Positions 35,889 through 64,000 of a stretch of 64,000 bases of DNA are shown here, one piece after another. The position numbers were made by a program, and so were the translations under genes. Source of the DNA: Chrysomallon squamiferum (taxonomy: Eukaryota > Animalia > Mollusca). The stretch covers positions 7,254,001 through 7,318,000 of the forward strand of contig CM022667.1 in NCBI GenBank assembly GCA_012295275.1. Direction: 5' to 3'. Position 1 is the stretch's first letter; each line of letters starts with the position of its first letter. The notes beneath the pieces are model-generated. The model searched no databases. It had not been told where the DNA came from and saw only the letters and a program-made list of their open reading frames with translations.

Positions 35889-37188
35889 AGATACTTAAGA
35901 TAACATTGTCACAGAAACAGGAATACAAGTTAACATATTTTATAGCGATAAAGCCCAGCAATTCCTGAACATATGACAATAGTTTATTATCAGAACTGTA
36001 TGTTAACTTATCCTTGCATTACAATTTAAAAACAAATAATAATAATGTAATGAACTGTAAAGCTGGTGGGGATGTACATTTAGACCGCCAGACTCCTGTT
36101 TTGTGTTTCGTCTGTGAAATAATTTCTCATTCAGATTAACTTACTCTTACTCTATGGTTACTCTATTGTTTCGTTGCCGCGTTTTAATCTCGTCTTGGAG
36201 CATAGGCCTACACAAAAATTATTTAAAATAATCATCTTGTTTTATCTTTTAAACAGTGTTAAATATGTATGTTTTAAATCAGTTACAGCTCTTTTTAACA
36301 TGAAGATAACTAAATATAAACAAATAAAATCTAATCATAATATAAATGTATTCAGCGCCCATATCAGACAGCACGATTAGTTCGCATTGCTCATACAAGC
36401 TAAAAGCTCAGTAGACTCAGACGAGCACTCTGGGTTTCAAACGAAGATCGCACTCTGGTCAACAAAGAAATGCCAAAATATTTTCGATTTATCGACAACA
36501 AGGATGATAAATATGATTAATTTGCTGCCGATTCACACATCTGGTGTCTATAATTGTGCTTTAGAGCCGAGTCCGGCAGGTTGGAAGTCGACGGTCCATT
36601 GTGACTCTTCACAGACCAACTGTTGGACAGTGATGATGAATCGGAGCACGGTGGTGGCACATTCGCCATGTGGCGCGCATTCATGACTGGGACAAGCAGC
36701 AACGTAACTTGACGATAACAAATTTATTTCTGATTTCACTGCAAGAATTTTTAAAGAAAATCACTGGATAAAAAATTAAAATTTGATTAAACTGATATAG
36801 AAATATATCTAAAATTTAATAATACGAAAGACATGAATTTGGTATATAGACTGTCCATGTATTCACATTTTGGTCTGAAGCAAAGACCTTTCTAGATTGA
36901 GTCGTGTGAGAAATTATATGTAGGCCTATGTCTATGTGAGTGCATTATTAGATCTGCTTCCTACTGCTGTTGCTGCTGCTGCTGCTGCTGCTGCTGTTTC
37001 AATAAATATACGTAATGTTCACTGACATTAAACTGAAGTATGGTAACGCTGTGTCACACTACATGTTGTAGTGACTATCAGACCTTTAATGCTGTTCACT
37101 TTGGTGATCAATCTGTCAGTTTTCTGCTTGACGTCTCTTGTTTACGACTGTTTTTCAGTCGAGCGAGGAAGAGAAAATCTTTTCTTAC

Positions 37189-37398
37189 CTTGATGTTGTT
37201 TGATACAATCTTATCCCTTAATGGGCCGGTTCCACAATGTAATTATTTACAGTTATCTTCCCATTCCGCGAATCCTCCTCACTTCCGGATTGTACCGATT
37301 GCTTTGCACAAAATTTAAATACCGTTAGGTTTGTTATTATTTCTCTATTTGTTTGCTTTATTTTGTGTTACTTGTGTTATTTCATCTTTTATTTCACT

Positions 37399-37458
<60 letters not shown>

Positions 37459-37580
37459 AACAATTTTTTTATCTTTTTGCATTGTTAGTTGAAGTAACAA
37501 AATAACAAAGATAAAAATGCTAACAATTTCGTCAGTCTACCGGAAGGAGAAGGGGGCCATGGAAAATGTCACGTGAAAAT
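37189..37580 (-). promoter_or_regulatory. candidate promoter and first non-coding exon facing the telomeric block
   Basis: ETS-like CACTTCCGG (37280) and ACCGGAAG (37539); E-box GTCACGTG (37568). Strong minus-strand donor AAG|GTAAGA at 37189/37188 and acceptor TTCTTGCAG at 36739. Confidence 0.35.
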
Positions 37581-37604
37581 TTACATGACAAAAACTTAAT
37601 TAAT

Positions 37605-37650
<46 letters not shown>

Positions 37651-37678
37651 ATGCGTAAATAAAGTAAAACAAAAAATG

Positions 37679-37713
<35 letters not shown>

Positions 37714-37840
37714 TTATTTATTTATTTTTATTATTTATTATTATTTTTACTTGTATTTATTTATTTTTTATTTATTATTATTATTATTATTTATTTATTT
37801 TATTTTATTTTATTTTTATTTATTATTTTTTTTTTTTTTC
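37400..37840. repeat. (ATT)n / (AAT)n microsatellite cluster
   Basis: (ATT)n ~37404-37455, (AAT)n ~37607-37648, and ATT-rich 37680-37840. Confidence 0.9.
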
Positions 37841-39236
37841 AAAAGTTCTTATTAGGAAACATCCGCGTCTGTAATACACTAAGTTACTAAAGTATACACA
37901 GTACATTTAGGTGTTTCTATGAGAGTTTGATTATTTATAGTAAGTTTCACTTCACTATAGATGCTAACATATATTATATTTTTTTTTTCTTTTCCCCCCA
38001 AAGAATCAAGTTCAGTCCATTTTATGTACTTTTTTTATCGACAAATTATGCAACATCAAAGGAATGTGTTTGTACATATCGAGCACGCCTGTAGGGAAAA
38101 GAACCGCCCATGTGACATCAAAGCTTCAGCCGCTGGTATATACATTTATTTAATTGATCTTTATTTGCATGCAACGTTAATTTTACCTTTGCAAAACCAC
38201 AGGTAATGCGCAGCTGAAAGGATTTTCTTTGAAGTCCCAGACTTTATAGGCCCCAAAGGGCTTCTAACTTTTGACGTTGTTTTCAGGTGTAGAAAAACAT
38301 GTTTTTTGTGGTTGTCATCGAAACTAGTTTTATCACTGTATTTACCGTTACATCTTCCATCTTTTTCCACGCTTGCCGAGCCAGAGAAGAGAGAAATCTA
38401 TTTAACACGAGTGAACAGTGTGCGATTCTTGTTTGAATTTTATTACTTTCAAGTTTCGCTATTTAACTTGTGTTTATCATCCCAGTGCAAATATATGCGA
38501 AAAATAAAATTAAATTTTTTACTTAAATTACAGCTTCTTTAATTATAATTAAGTATTATTAATAATCGAAATGTGTATTCGCTTTACAGTTTATTTTGTC
38601 AAATATCATGCTACCTTTAATATTATATAAACATTACATAAACTGATAAGATTAACAAAATATGAAAATAATCACTAGCTGTAGAACTAACTTGGTAAAT
38701 AAAATCTGTTATTGATGTTGCTTCAAAAACACTGCGAACTGACCCAGAAGTTCTGAACGTTAATCAAAATGTGATTAGTTGTACAAAACTGACTTCTCTG
38801 CTTTATTTCATTCTTGAACTGGAGGTATATGTGTGGACAATGCACGAACTATATTATTACTTGTTAATGTGATACGTGTGCGCGACTGTCGGTAAACAGA
38901 ATTCATTTTCGTCCGGAAATTAACGTCTGTCGCTTATTTGTGTTTGACGCGATATGGAAAAGTTAGGACGTTCCAGTGGTATTTTATTAATTTCAGTGCT
39001 GAGGCTGGTACATACAGTACAAACTAAAAGTAACGCAGAAACATTTTACACTGTCTTAGAGTGAACATCGTGTAGGTAATCTAGTACACGAGAGAGGACC
39101 TGTCGAGTGTTAATGTATTTTATGTTGTGGTTTTATGTTATCCAAAATTATTTTGTTCTAAATGTGGGAAGGATTCGTGGCTGATAACGATTCATTATTT
39201 AAATCCAACTCATCCCCCGCCCATACACCCACCCAC

Positions 39237-39527
39237 ATACACAGATACACCCAACAAATATAGAATGCATAAGTGCACAGTATATATACACATATACACA
39301 GATACACCCAACAAATATAGAATGCATAAGTGCACAGTATATACACACATATACACAGATACACCCAACAAATATAGAATGCATAAGTGCACAGTATATA
39401 CACACATATACACAGATACACCCAACAAATATAGAATGCATAAGTGCACAGTATATACACACATATACACAGATACACCCAACAAATATACAATGCATAC
39501 GTGCACAGTATATACACACATATACAA
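39237..39527. repeat. 57-bp tandem repeat x5
   Basis: ACAGATACACCCAACAAATATAGAATGCATAAGTGCACAGTATATACACACATATAC at 39241, 39298 and onward. Confidence 0.95.
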
Positions 39528-42187
39528 CATCTATAATACAATACAAACAAAAATATGCAATTCTTTTCCGTTTTACAAAGGAAATTTATTTTTATTTCTA
39601 CAATCTCGTTTTAAATGATAATATACTGTTTTCATTTATTGCTCTAATGACAGTTTTTATTCAGTGGACAACATTAAATTTATGTTTTTATTACATTTTC
39701 GGAAAAATGTTTTTCTTCATTAACAAGTCATTATTAGCAATTTGAAGTATCGTTGATTTCACAAGCGTGGCTGGGAAACAAGACCGCTAGCTGACCTGAT
39801 GCCGAGTTTCTCAGAACTGTCTTACTTCTATCTATCCAAGCTGGGCACATCTCAGTAATATGAGATATTAACGACAGAACAGAATCCTGAAAGTGTCGTT
39901 GAAAAAATGCACATCATGACTGAGACACACACACAAACCATGTATTAAAAAAAAAAAAAAAATATGAACTTACATTCTATAAAAACAAAATGAGATGAAG
40001 AAGGAAAAACAAAACTTCGTTTATTGTTAGTCCTATTTGTGTAAAATTATTTGGAATTAACTGCCTGAGGATTTTATTTTCATTAACGAGTCCAACAGAA
40101 ATGTGTTCCTTTAGCTACGGGATGTTATTACTGGGAAATCAACGACTTACTTACTCGAACCCTAAAGCTATTTTAAAATGCCACGCCATTTCGCCAACAA
40201 CTGATAATTTAATTCCGAAATGTGTCGGTCAGATAGAAGCTTAAATTATCCTAACCCTGCTTCTTTAATTGATCAAATTTGTGTAAAATTACCTCGCTTT
40301 AAGCAGACCTACGGCTTTTCACAAATCTCTTCAGATTTGATTTAGAAAAAAGATCCATTTTCCAATTGCAGCTGACGAGTTTCCTGACTTCGAGACTTCT
40401 CTTTTGAAACGAGCTGATAACTGCATGTAACAGGATTTGTCGCGGTGTGAAATACAGCTGAATGAGAACTCTTCCAAGAGGATCTGCCGAACTTACACGA
40501 TCATCCGGAACCAATGATGTTTCTGGTGAAATGTTTTCGAGGCGGTGACGAATTACTTGCAATCGATATTCATTTCCTCTCCTCTGTGTCGGCTCACTGG
40601 TTAGACGACTGTGTTTGTCACAGTAAATATGAATCAAGTACAGTTACTACATTCTTATTTCATAAATACCCGTAATTCAGCTTTTTGCACATTAATCAGA
40701 GGTAAAATAAATAAATAAATAAATAAATAATGGCGGGAGTGCATGCGTTCGTGTGTTTCATTCTGTATGTTCTGGGAGCAAAGAATCTGACGCAACAAAT
40801 TTAACTCATATGTAATGTATTCTTATAGATTTGTCAATATTTTGTTATTTTAGTTATTACAACATTTTTCCATTACTGATAATGTATCGCTTTTAATCAG
40901 TCTACGTTTTGAACAAGTCACTCATATCGCATCATATTAAAGGTATAATAATAAATTTCAACACTGAGTACCCCCTCCGACCCAAGACGAACCATTCATT
41001 TAGAATTATTTGCTAAGTCTTAAAAGGAAATCGACAAGCAATCCAAATTTATGGGCCAGAAATGCATTAAAGGTTTGAGCACATATTTTACAAGTGACGT
41101 TCGATGCAGTAAGGAGGCTCAGATCAATAAGCATGGAGTCGCGCCGTCTGCGTCACAAACTTTCCCATCTTCTCAAGTGTTCTGAGTCAAACATAATGTT
41201 CAGTGAAAACTAGCAATGATTAAATTATATGTCTTAAAAAGTCTTAACAATGAAAATAAAAACAATTATAGAAGATAGATAGAGGCTTATTTACCTTATT
41301 CTTGTAGGACTTTCATTGCAAAGTGACATTTCTTTTGTTTATCAAACACCGGGAACGAGTTGCTATCGAGTCAGCAGCTCATAGAAGTGATATTGGTTTC
41401 CCGACATTCCTAAAAGTAGCCTTACTTGAGTTTTCGAATCTAACGTGTCGGTTAAAGGTATCCTAGATTTTCACGCCTAACCCTTATTTCTATAAACCAC
41501 CACTGCATTGCTGGCCTCCTTGTTTTTAACCTGTATTTATTAAAGCTATTCAGTATAAACCGTTTTATTCAACATATCAGATCTCGCCTTGATTTTAAAA
41601 CACACCCACGTACAAACATATAAATGCAAATCCTGCAGAAATTGATATTTTAGCTCAACAAGTATATATTTCGTTTAAATTTCTTAAAGTATCACTAAGA
41701 AAATAAACAAGGTGGAAAGGGTTTACATGCACTCTTATTCAAAATCACTTCCAATTTCCGTTACCCCTAACAGTTGGCCCATTTTATATTTAAAAAATTA
41801 TGAAAATAATATAATAATAATAATAATAATATTAACAGCAACAACAATAAAATAAAAATATCTTTGCGTTTAGTGTTATAAACTAAGCTGTTATTATAAT
41901 GACGATCATAGAACAACTTTTGATCCTGCTCGTTTATTTTCTGCAGATGACGGCCATTTTCCTTCGTCAAGAAACTTTACACGGTAGCGAAATCGACATC
42001 GTGGGTTGGAGTGTTTCGCAGACATAAACTTTCTGTTGTTATTACAGTTATTCCGGTGAAAAGAGCAGTAAAACAATTGGCGGATCAATAACGGAGCAGA
42101 CGACAGGAATAATCGCTGCATAAACGATAAAGGAAGGGTTTTGATAATGAGGTCATGTACAGAAGCGTAGCGATCGATACCAGCGCC

Positions 42188-42610
42188 TGCGCCTCCTAAA
42201 CCGTGAAAATTAGACCTTCCCGAGTACCTTCCACTGCTCCAGTAGAACATCACCTCTTTGCCCCCTAAACAGTGAAAATTAGCCCTTCCCGAGTACCTTC
42301 CATTGCTCCAGTAGAACATCGCCTCTGCGCCCCCTAAACAGTGAAAATTAGACCTTCCCGAGTACCTTCCATTGCTCCAGTAGAACATCACCTCTTTGCC
42401 CATAACCATGAAAATTAGCCCTTCCCGAGTACCTTCCATTGCTCCAGTAGAACATCACCTCTTTGCCCCCTAAACAGTGAAAATTAGCTCTTCCCGAGTA
42501 TCTTCCACTGCTCCAGTAGAACATCGCCTCTGCGCCCCCTAAACAGTGAAAATTAGACCTTCCCGAGTATCTTCCATTGCTCCAGTAGAACATTGCCTCT
42601 GCGGCCCCTC
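42188..42610. repeat. ~69-bp tandem repeat x6
   Basis: CCCCTAAACAGTGAAAATTAG(A/C)CCTTCCCGAGTACCTTCCATTGCTCCAGTAGAACATC(A/G)CCTCT units. Confidence 0.95.
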
Positions 42611-45448
42611 CCAGGCTATGCCACTGCACATTTATAATTAAAAAACAAAAGCTATATTCTCTATAAAAAAAAATTATTTCTTTTTCACTTTGTTTCTTCG
42701 TTGTTGTGATCGCCACTCCTGTTCCATTCTTCTTCGATCGGTATTAGGATACATATTTATTGAGCTGCACAACTAAAATAATAGTTGTAAAAACTAGTTT
42801 TAAACACTTGTTTCACTCGTTTATTTAAAGGGTAACACCCCAAATATATGCATCTTAACTTGAGCTTCGTTCTGACTGAAAGATGATAATACCGACTGCT
42901 GCGCAGTCTCATCTGATTGCTCCTCCCTTCGTGCGGCCAGTCTACGTTTGAGTGGAGAGTTTACCGAGATAAAACTTTCCAAGAGTTTTCAATGTGGACA
43001 CCTTTCATCTACAGTATCTATGTCATGATGTTGATGTTCTAGTACACGTCGTCGATTAAATCTTATTTTATTTTCTGGTGGAAAAAAAAAAGCCGTATTG
43101 TTTGGTTGACAACATTAGACTTTTCTGACTTGTGAAAAGCTTGTCAAAGCTAGTTGAAATTATGAGGTTGACAACAGGTTGAATATATAAAATATCAGTA
43201 AAATGGAATAGTTTGGTTTGGAAGAGATTTTGTGTATAAATATAATTTTTCATGGTTTTGGTTTATAATATTAAACAAATTAGAAAGCATACTTTTAAAC
43301 ATGATCACATTAACCATATACTCTGTCCAACTGCATAGCTTAACAATTTTATTATTATTATTATTTATATGGTAAGATGCATGCATATAGATGTTTTTAT
43401 TTTATTTATTTATTATTATTATTCTTTTTTAAAACAGTATCCCATAGATACTCTTATCATACAAAGTGTTGTTTTTAAACAATTGGTTCAGTTCAAACTA
43501 AATCTATTCTCCTTTGTTTTTACAATAATATGATTTCTGTCTTAACAGCATCCCATAAACAGAAGCCTTACTTGTACAGAAACAAAAGAAAACAGACAAA
43601 TAATACAAGCTTGTAATGTTTTAAATTTATACACTTCTGTACATAACAGTCTGTGATCACTGAATGGCTTACAAAATAAACCAGTGATATATCTTCATAT
43701 ATTAGCATGTGTAATAATCCAGGCAGTATAAAATATTTTCCCCAGTAAGACAGGCAAAATTCTACTGAGAACAGTCCAAGTTTGCTGGACATCATGAAAC
43801 AAAGAAAACCTAAAGGCATCCTTACTTTATTACACAATGTTCATTGACAGATGAGATATAAAACAGCTGATATATACACCAGCAACTGTTGTCTTTTTAA
43901 TCTCATTCATAATTTAAATAGATTTCAGAATAAGAAACACAGGGAAGAAATTATCAGAATGTAAGCATTTATTTTAAAAATATTAAATAAAACAGTATAA
44001 TTAAAATCCAAAATGAGACATGTATTTTCATCAGGAAAAAAAAAGGCAAAATTTTGGTAATAGAATAAATTTTAAGATTAAATGAATTAATAAGAAAAAA
44101 AAATTAAATTAAATAATGAAAATGAAACAAGATAAAAACATTAAAATTTTTTAAAAATCACAAAAATAAAATATGGGACAAGATATAAATCCTGTTGCAT
44201 CACTAAATTAAAAAAAAAAAATGGTCAAAGAAGAAGTAAAATAGTCTCCATGTTTTATACTTAATATAAATGTTCTGTGTCATCAATACACATTAAACAA
44301 GTACATGTCTCAGTAAATGGTTTAGATGATGTGTTTATTAAAATAAGGAAACAAAATGTTATTCCAGTAGTAAGGATGATTGTGATTTAAAAAAGAAGTA
44401 TTTCCATGTTTCAGTGAGAAATGTTATGGCTGTAGTTCATTGTTGTAAAATACATCAAGTAGTAACTGGAAACAGATTTAAAACTGAACATTAAATGACT
44501 GTTTATATACAGTTTGTTCTTTTCAAAACATTTCTAACAATACTTTTCAAGTTACTTTCAGCAAAGAACAAACAAAATCCATTTTCTCCTGATGCAAGTG
44601 TTTCACAAAAACATATTTACTTATGTGAACGTTAGAACCATTTCTCATCATCTGTAAACTTACATAGAAACCTGCTGAAAAACAAATAACATTTGATAAA
44701 TTCTGAATTTAATTTTGTTCATTAAACAGTTTCATAATCAAATGTTCAGTAAACTGCCTCTTCTGAATGAAATATATATATATATATATTAATTTTGTAA
44801 ATACACCAGAACTGTAACAAATGTCTTTTGCTTAATTAATGTACACACACATCAAAAATAACAAATTAATGTAAGACACATTGTAATAGAAGTAGTTGTT
44901 ATGGATTACAAGACCTCCACTTTTAAATATTCTGGACTGGAACCTCTTTGCCAGAATTTTTTAACAGCAGACTGTTATGGTCATCTATTCTGTATTAAAT
45001 AGTAATTTTAAAATGCTACAAATACTGTAAGTTAAAGAAACCAATAAAAAGTAGTTTCTGACAAAACTAAATTATGCTTGACAAAGATCTGACACTAAGT
45101 TAATGGTTTATCAAAATGGCCAAGGTAGAACACATTAGCTTTTTACTTTTATACAAAACTCATAAATTAAGACATAGAAATATTACAGAAGAAAATTTCA
45201 AAAATTTCAAAACAAATAAATATATTGTACATTTTATTATTTCACACATTCAGGCAACTGCACCTGTTTTTCTTTGTGTTTGTATATGTGTGTATGTATA
45301 TATTTATGTGTTTGTGTTTACACACTGCTGATGTGCAGTCTACAATAATCTGTTCTATATACAAACGTCTACAGATATCATGCATGGTTTGAGCAAATCA
45401 TCTATACATAAAATTCTCATACTACACTCAAAACACAGCCTCTGTCTT

Positions 45449-45484
<36 letters not shown>

Positions 45485-45817
45485 TCTCCCTCTCTCTCCC
45501 TCTCTGTCCCACCCTCTCTTTGTCCCTCTCTCTCCCTCCCTTTCTCTCTCTCACATCTATCATTATCTTTTTATTACTACTAACATATTTGTGTTTAGCT
45601 GCCAAACTCCAGTCAAAAGTTAAAATGTCACTTAGATTTCAGTAAATATCTGTAAAACCATATTTTTTTGTTCTTATTTCATTTGACATTTAGTAAGTAT
45701 TTTATTTTACTTTATTTTTTTAATATAAATTTTCTTTCTTTCTCATTATAAACCATATAAATCTATTTTTCATTCTTATAAACAAATCCAATTAACATTA
45801 TTTGGATTTTAAAATCA

Positions 45818-45860
<43 letters not shown>

Positions 45861-46222
45861 GTAGTAAACTTGATATTTCTATTGATAAAAATCAATTCCA
45901 TACTGAAAGTTAAGTTTATAGAAAGGACTGCACATAGAAAAAAACAAAAAAATAAATTAGTAAATAAATAACAGCTTTGTGTGAAAAAACCCACTGTAAA
46001 CCATTTCATTAAAAAAACAAATTTAAAATGCAACAAAATAACATTTTAAAAAACATTGAAATAAAAACCCCGACAACAGCAAATGAAAGTTAATATCTGA
46101 TCAAATAAAATGTTTTATGTTATTACATGGTTCAGATTCTTTACTTCTGAAATAAGTTTAAATTAAAATTAATAATAAATATAAAAAAAAAAAAAAAAAA
46201 AAAATAAATAAATAAAATAAAC

Positions 46223-46264
<42 letters not shown>

Positions 46265-47716
46265 TGAAAATTGTTCAAGAATAAATTCACTGATTTTTCA
46301 CTCTGTCACACACAAACATAAATGTACTAAAATACTGTATATTTAAAACATATTGACTAGGATGATATTAAAATACAGTCAGTCAGTATGTACAAACAGC
46401 TCACTCCACTCTTCTCCTTCAGACCAGTACACATCTGTGTTAAAATAAATATTAATTAATTTACTCTGTTTTATTTTTTTGTAAAAGTGAAATGAAATTT
46501 ATTTATTATTTTTTTAAATTTAGAAATAGAAGTTTTGAAGAAATAAGCCAACAAAAGAGACCTTTCATAAAATACTCACCTGATATGTTAAAACAAAGAA
46601 AACAACATATCAATGTCTTTTCATTGCTTTCTATTTTTCACTTTTCTTTTAATCTCACAGTAAAGTGATAAGAAAAAAAAATTCTTTTTTAGTAGCTGTG
46701 TTCTTAAAATTTCTTTGTTGTTTTGTGGATTAGCTTTAAACCAGATTCTCCATAACACTGAAATGAAGATGTCTGGTCGTGAAGGTGGTGGAATGAACTT
46801 GTAATGGCAAGCAATGTTTTAGAGGTAGATTAGGCTGGTTGCCTGCCTGTCCAGTACAAGGGCAGTGTTGAGGGGGCAAAGGTCACTTATGGCCAATGAG
46901 AAAAGAGAATGTCCATACTGTACAGTGAAACTAGTAACTGTGTGGTCATCACAGGATGTTATACAAGATAAATAAATCAAAATTTGTTCTGTCTGAATTA
47001 GAACACTGAAACAAATTAACTATCTCAATGTACATCTGTTCTTTTTATAGGTATCATTATCTGTGTGAATGTGCCATACTTGACTGTAAAATATACAGTT
47101 ATTATACAGTGCAATGCAGAAATGTTGATAGTGAAAATGTAGAAGTAAAGCTGTAAGAAAGTATTATTAAACATCTACTGGATATTCCATATGTTGTTTA
47201 AAATAAAATATTACACTTTTGACAGTTTTAATTCAGAAACATACAAATAATTATTCTCTAATAGCTGCCAAACTGCAGAAATTTCATCACCATAAAACAG
47301 TGGTTAGTGAGGAGATGTACATTATTAACAGACTCGGATTTAAGTTTTTACATTGATTTCTCGTATAAATTTGCATATTTCACTGTAACATGTGTAAGTT
47401 AATATTAACACATTGAAAATCACAAAATCTAGACATGCCTGGTAACTTATTTACTGATTACAGGTAAGTGAAGTGTATGTTTTGTAACAATACAAATTTA
47501 ATGTGGTCAACATGCTGTGTTTTTATCAGGACAACACCTATGTTTAGAACTGTTCTTTTAATACAAATATTTAGATGTATCTGAATAACTTTGATAATCA
47601 CTAAAAACTTTTTTCATTTGAAAAAACTGCCACAATGAAATGTAATATCAGTTAGAAATGACGTGATTTAACACAAGCATTGACCATGTAAGATAACATA
47701 CAAAACTCTATGTTTT

Positions 47717-63982
<16,266 letters not shown>

Positions 63983-64000
63983 CTGAAAAATACACAACCA

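Noticed and set aside
23071-35892. Integrated telomere-capped virus or linear element
   Set aside because: The telomeric polarity is inward, opposite to a capped linear molecule, and no viral or transposase coding sequence is visible. The gap content is unknown.
39127-39618. 163-aa ORF with 19-aa repeats
   Set aside because: Product of a 57-bp tandem repeat that is open in several frames on both strands; no gene context.
40245-41490. Isolated CCTAACCCT motifs (~40250, ~41476) as a telomerase RNA template
   Set aside because: Only 9-nt matches; no pseudoknot, CR4/5 or H/ACA structure could be supported by eye.

Overview
AT-rich animal genomic DNA with spliceosomal introns, TTAGGG-type telomeric repeats and many mini/microsatellites. 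It is probably an invertebrate such as a mollusc (inference only). Four spliced genes could be reconstructed by hand. (1) A 4-exon, 153-aa secreted Cys-rich protein (+, 4665-7028) that is absent from the ORF track; its exons 2-4 are bracketed by an inverted repeat pair. (2) DONSON (-, 10 exons, 584 aa), with a GC-AG intron and a probable U12 minor intron whose 5' splice site is triplicated. (3) MGST3 (+, 5 exons, 138 aa), head-to-head with DONSON. (4) The last four coding exons of naked cuticle/NKD (-). The dominant structure is a mirror-symmetric block of at least 12.8 kb: (TTAGGG)n, then a ~374-bp CpG-rich satellite, a 200-N gap, the same satellite inverted, then (CCCTAA)n. The telomeric tracts point inward and the satellite lies distal to them. 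The outermost satellite units of both arms share private variants. Nearly all other ORFs in the track are repeat artefacts.
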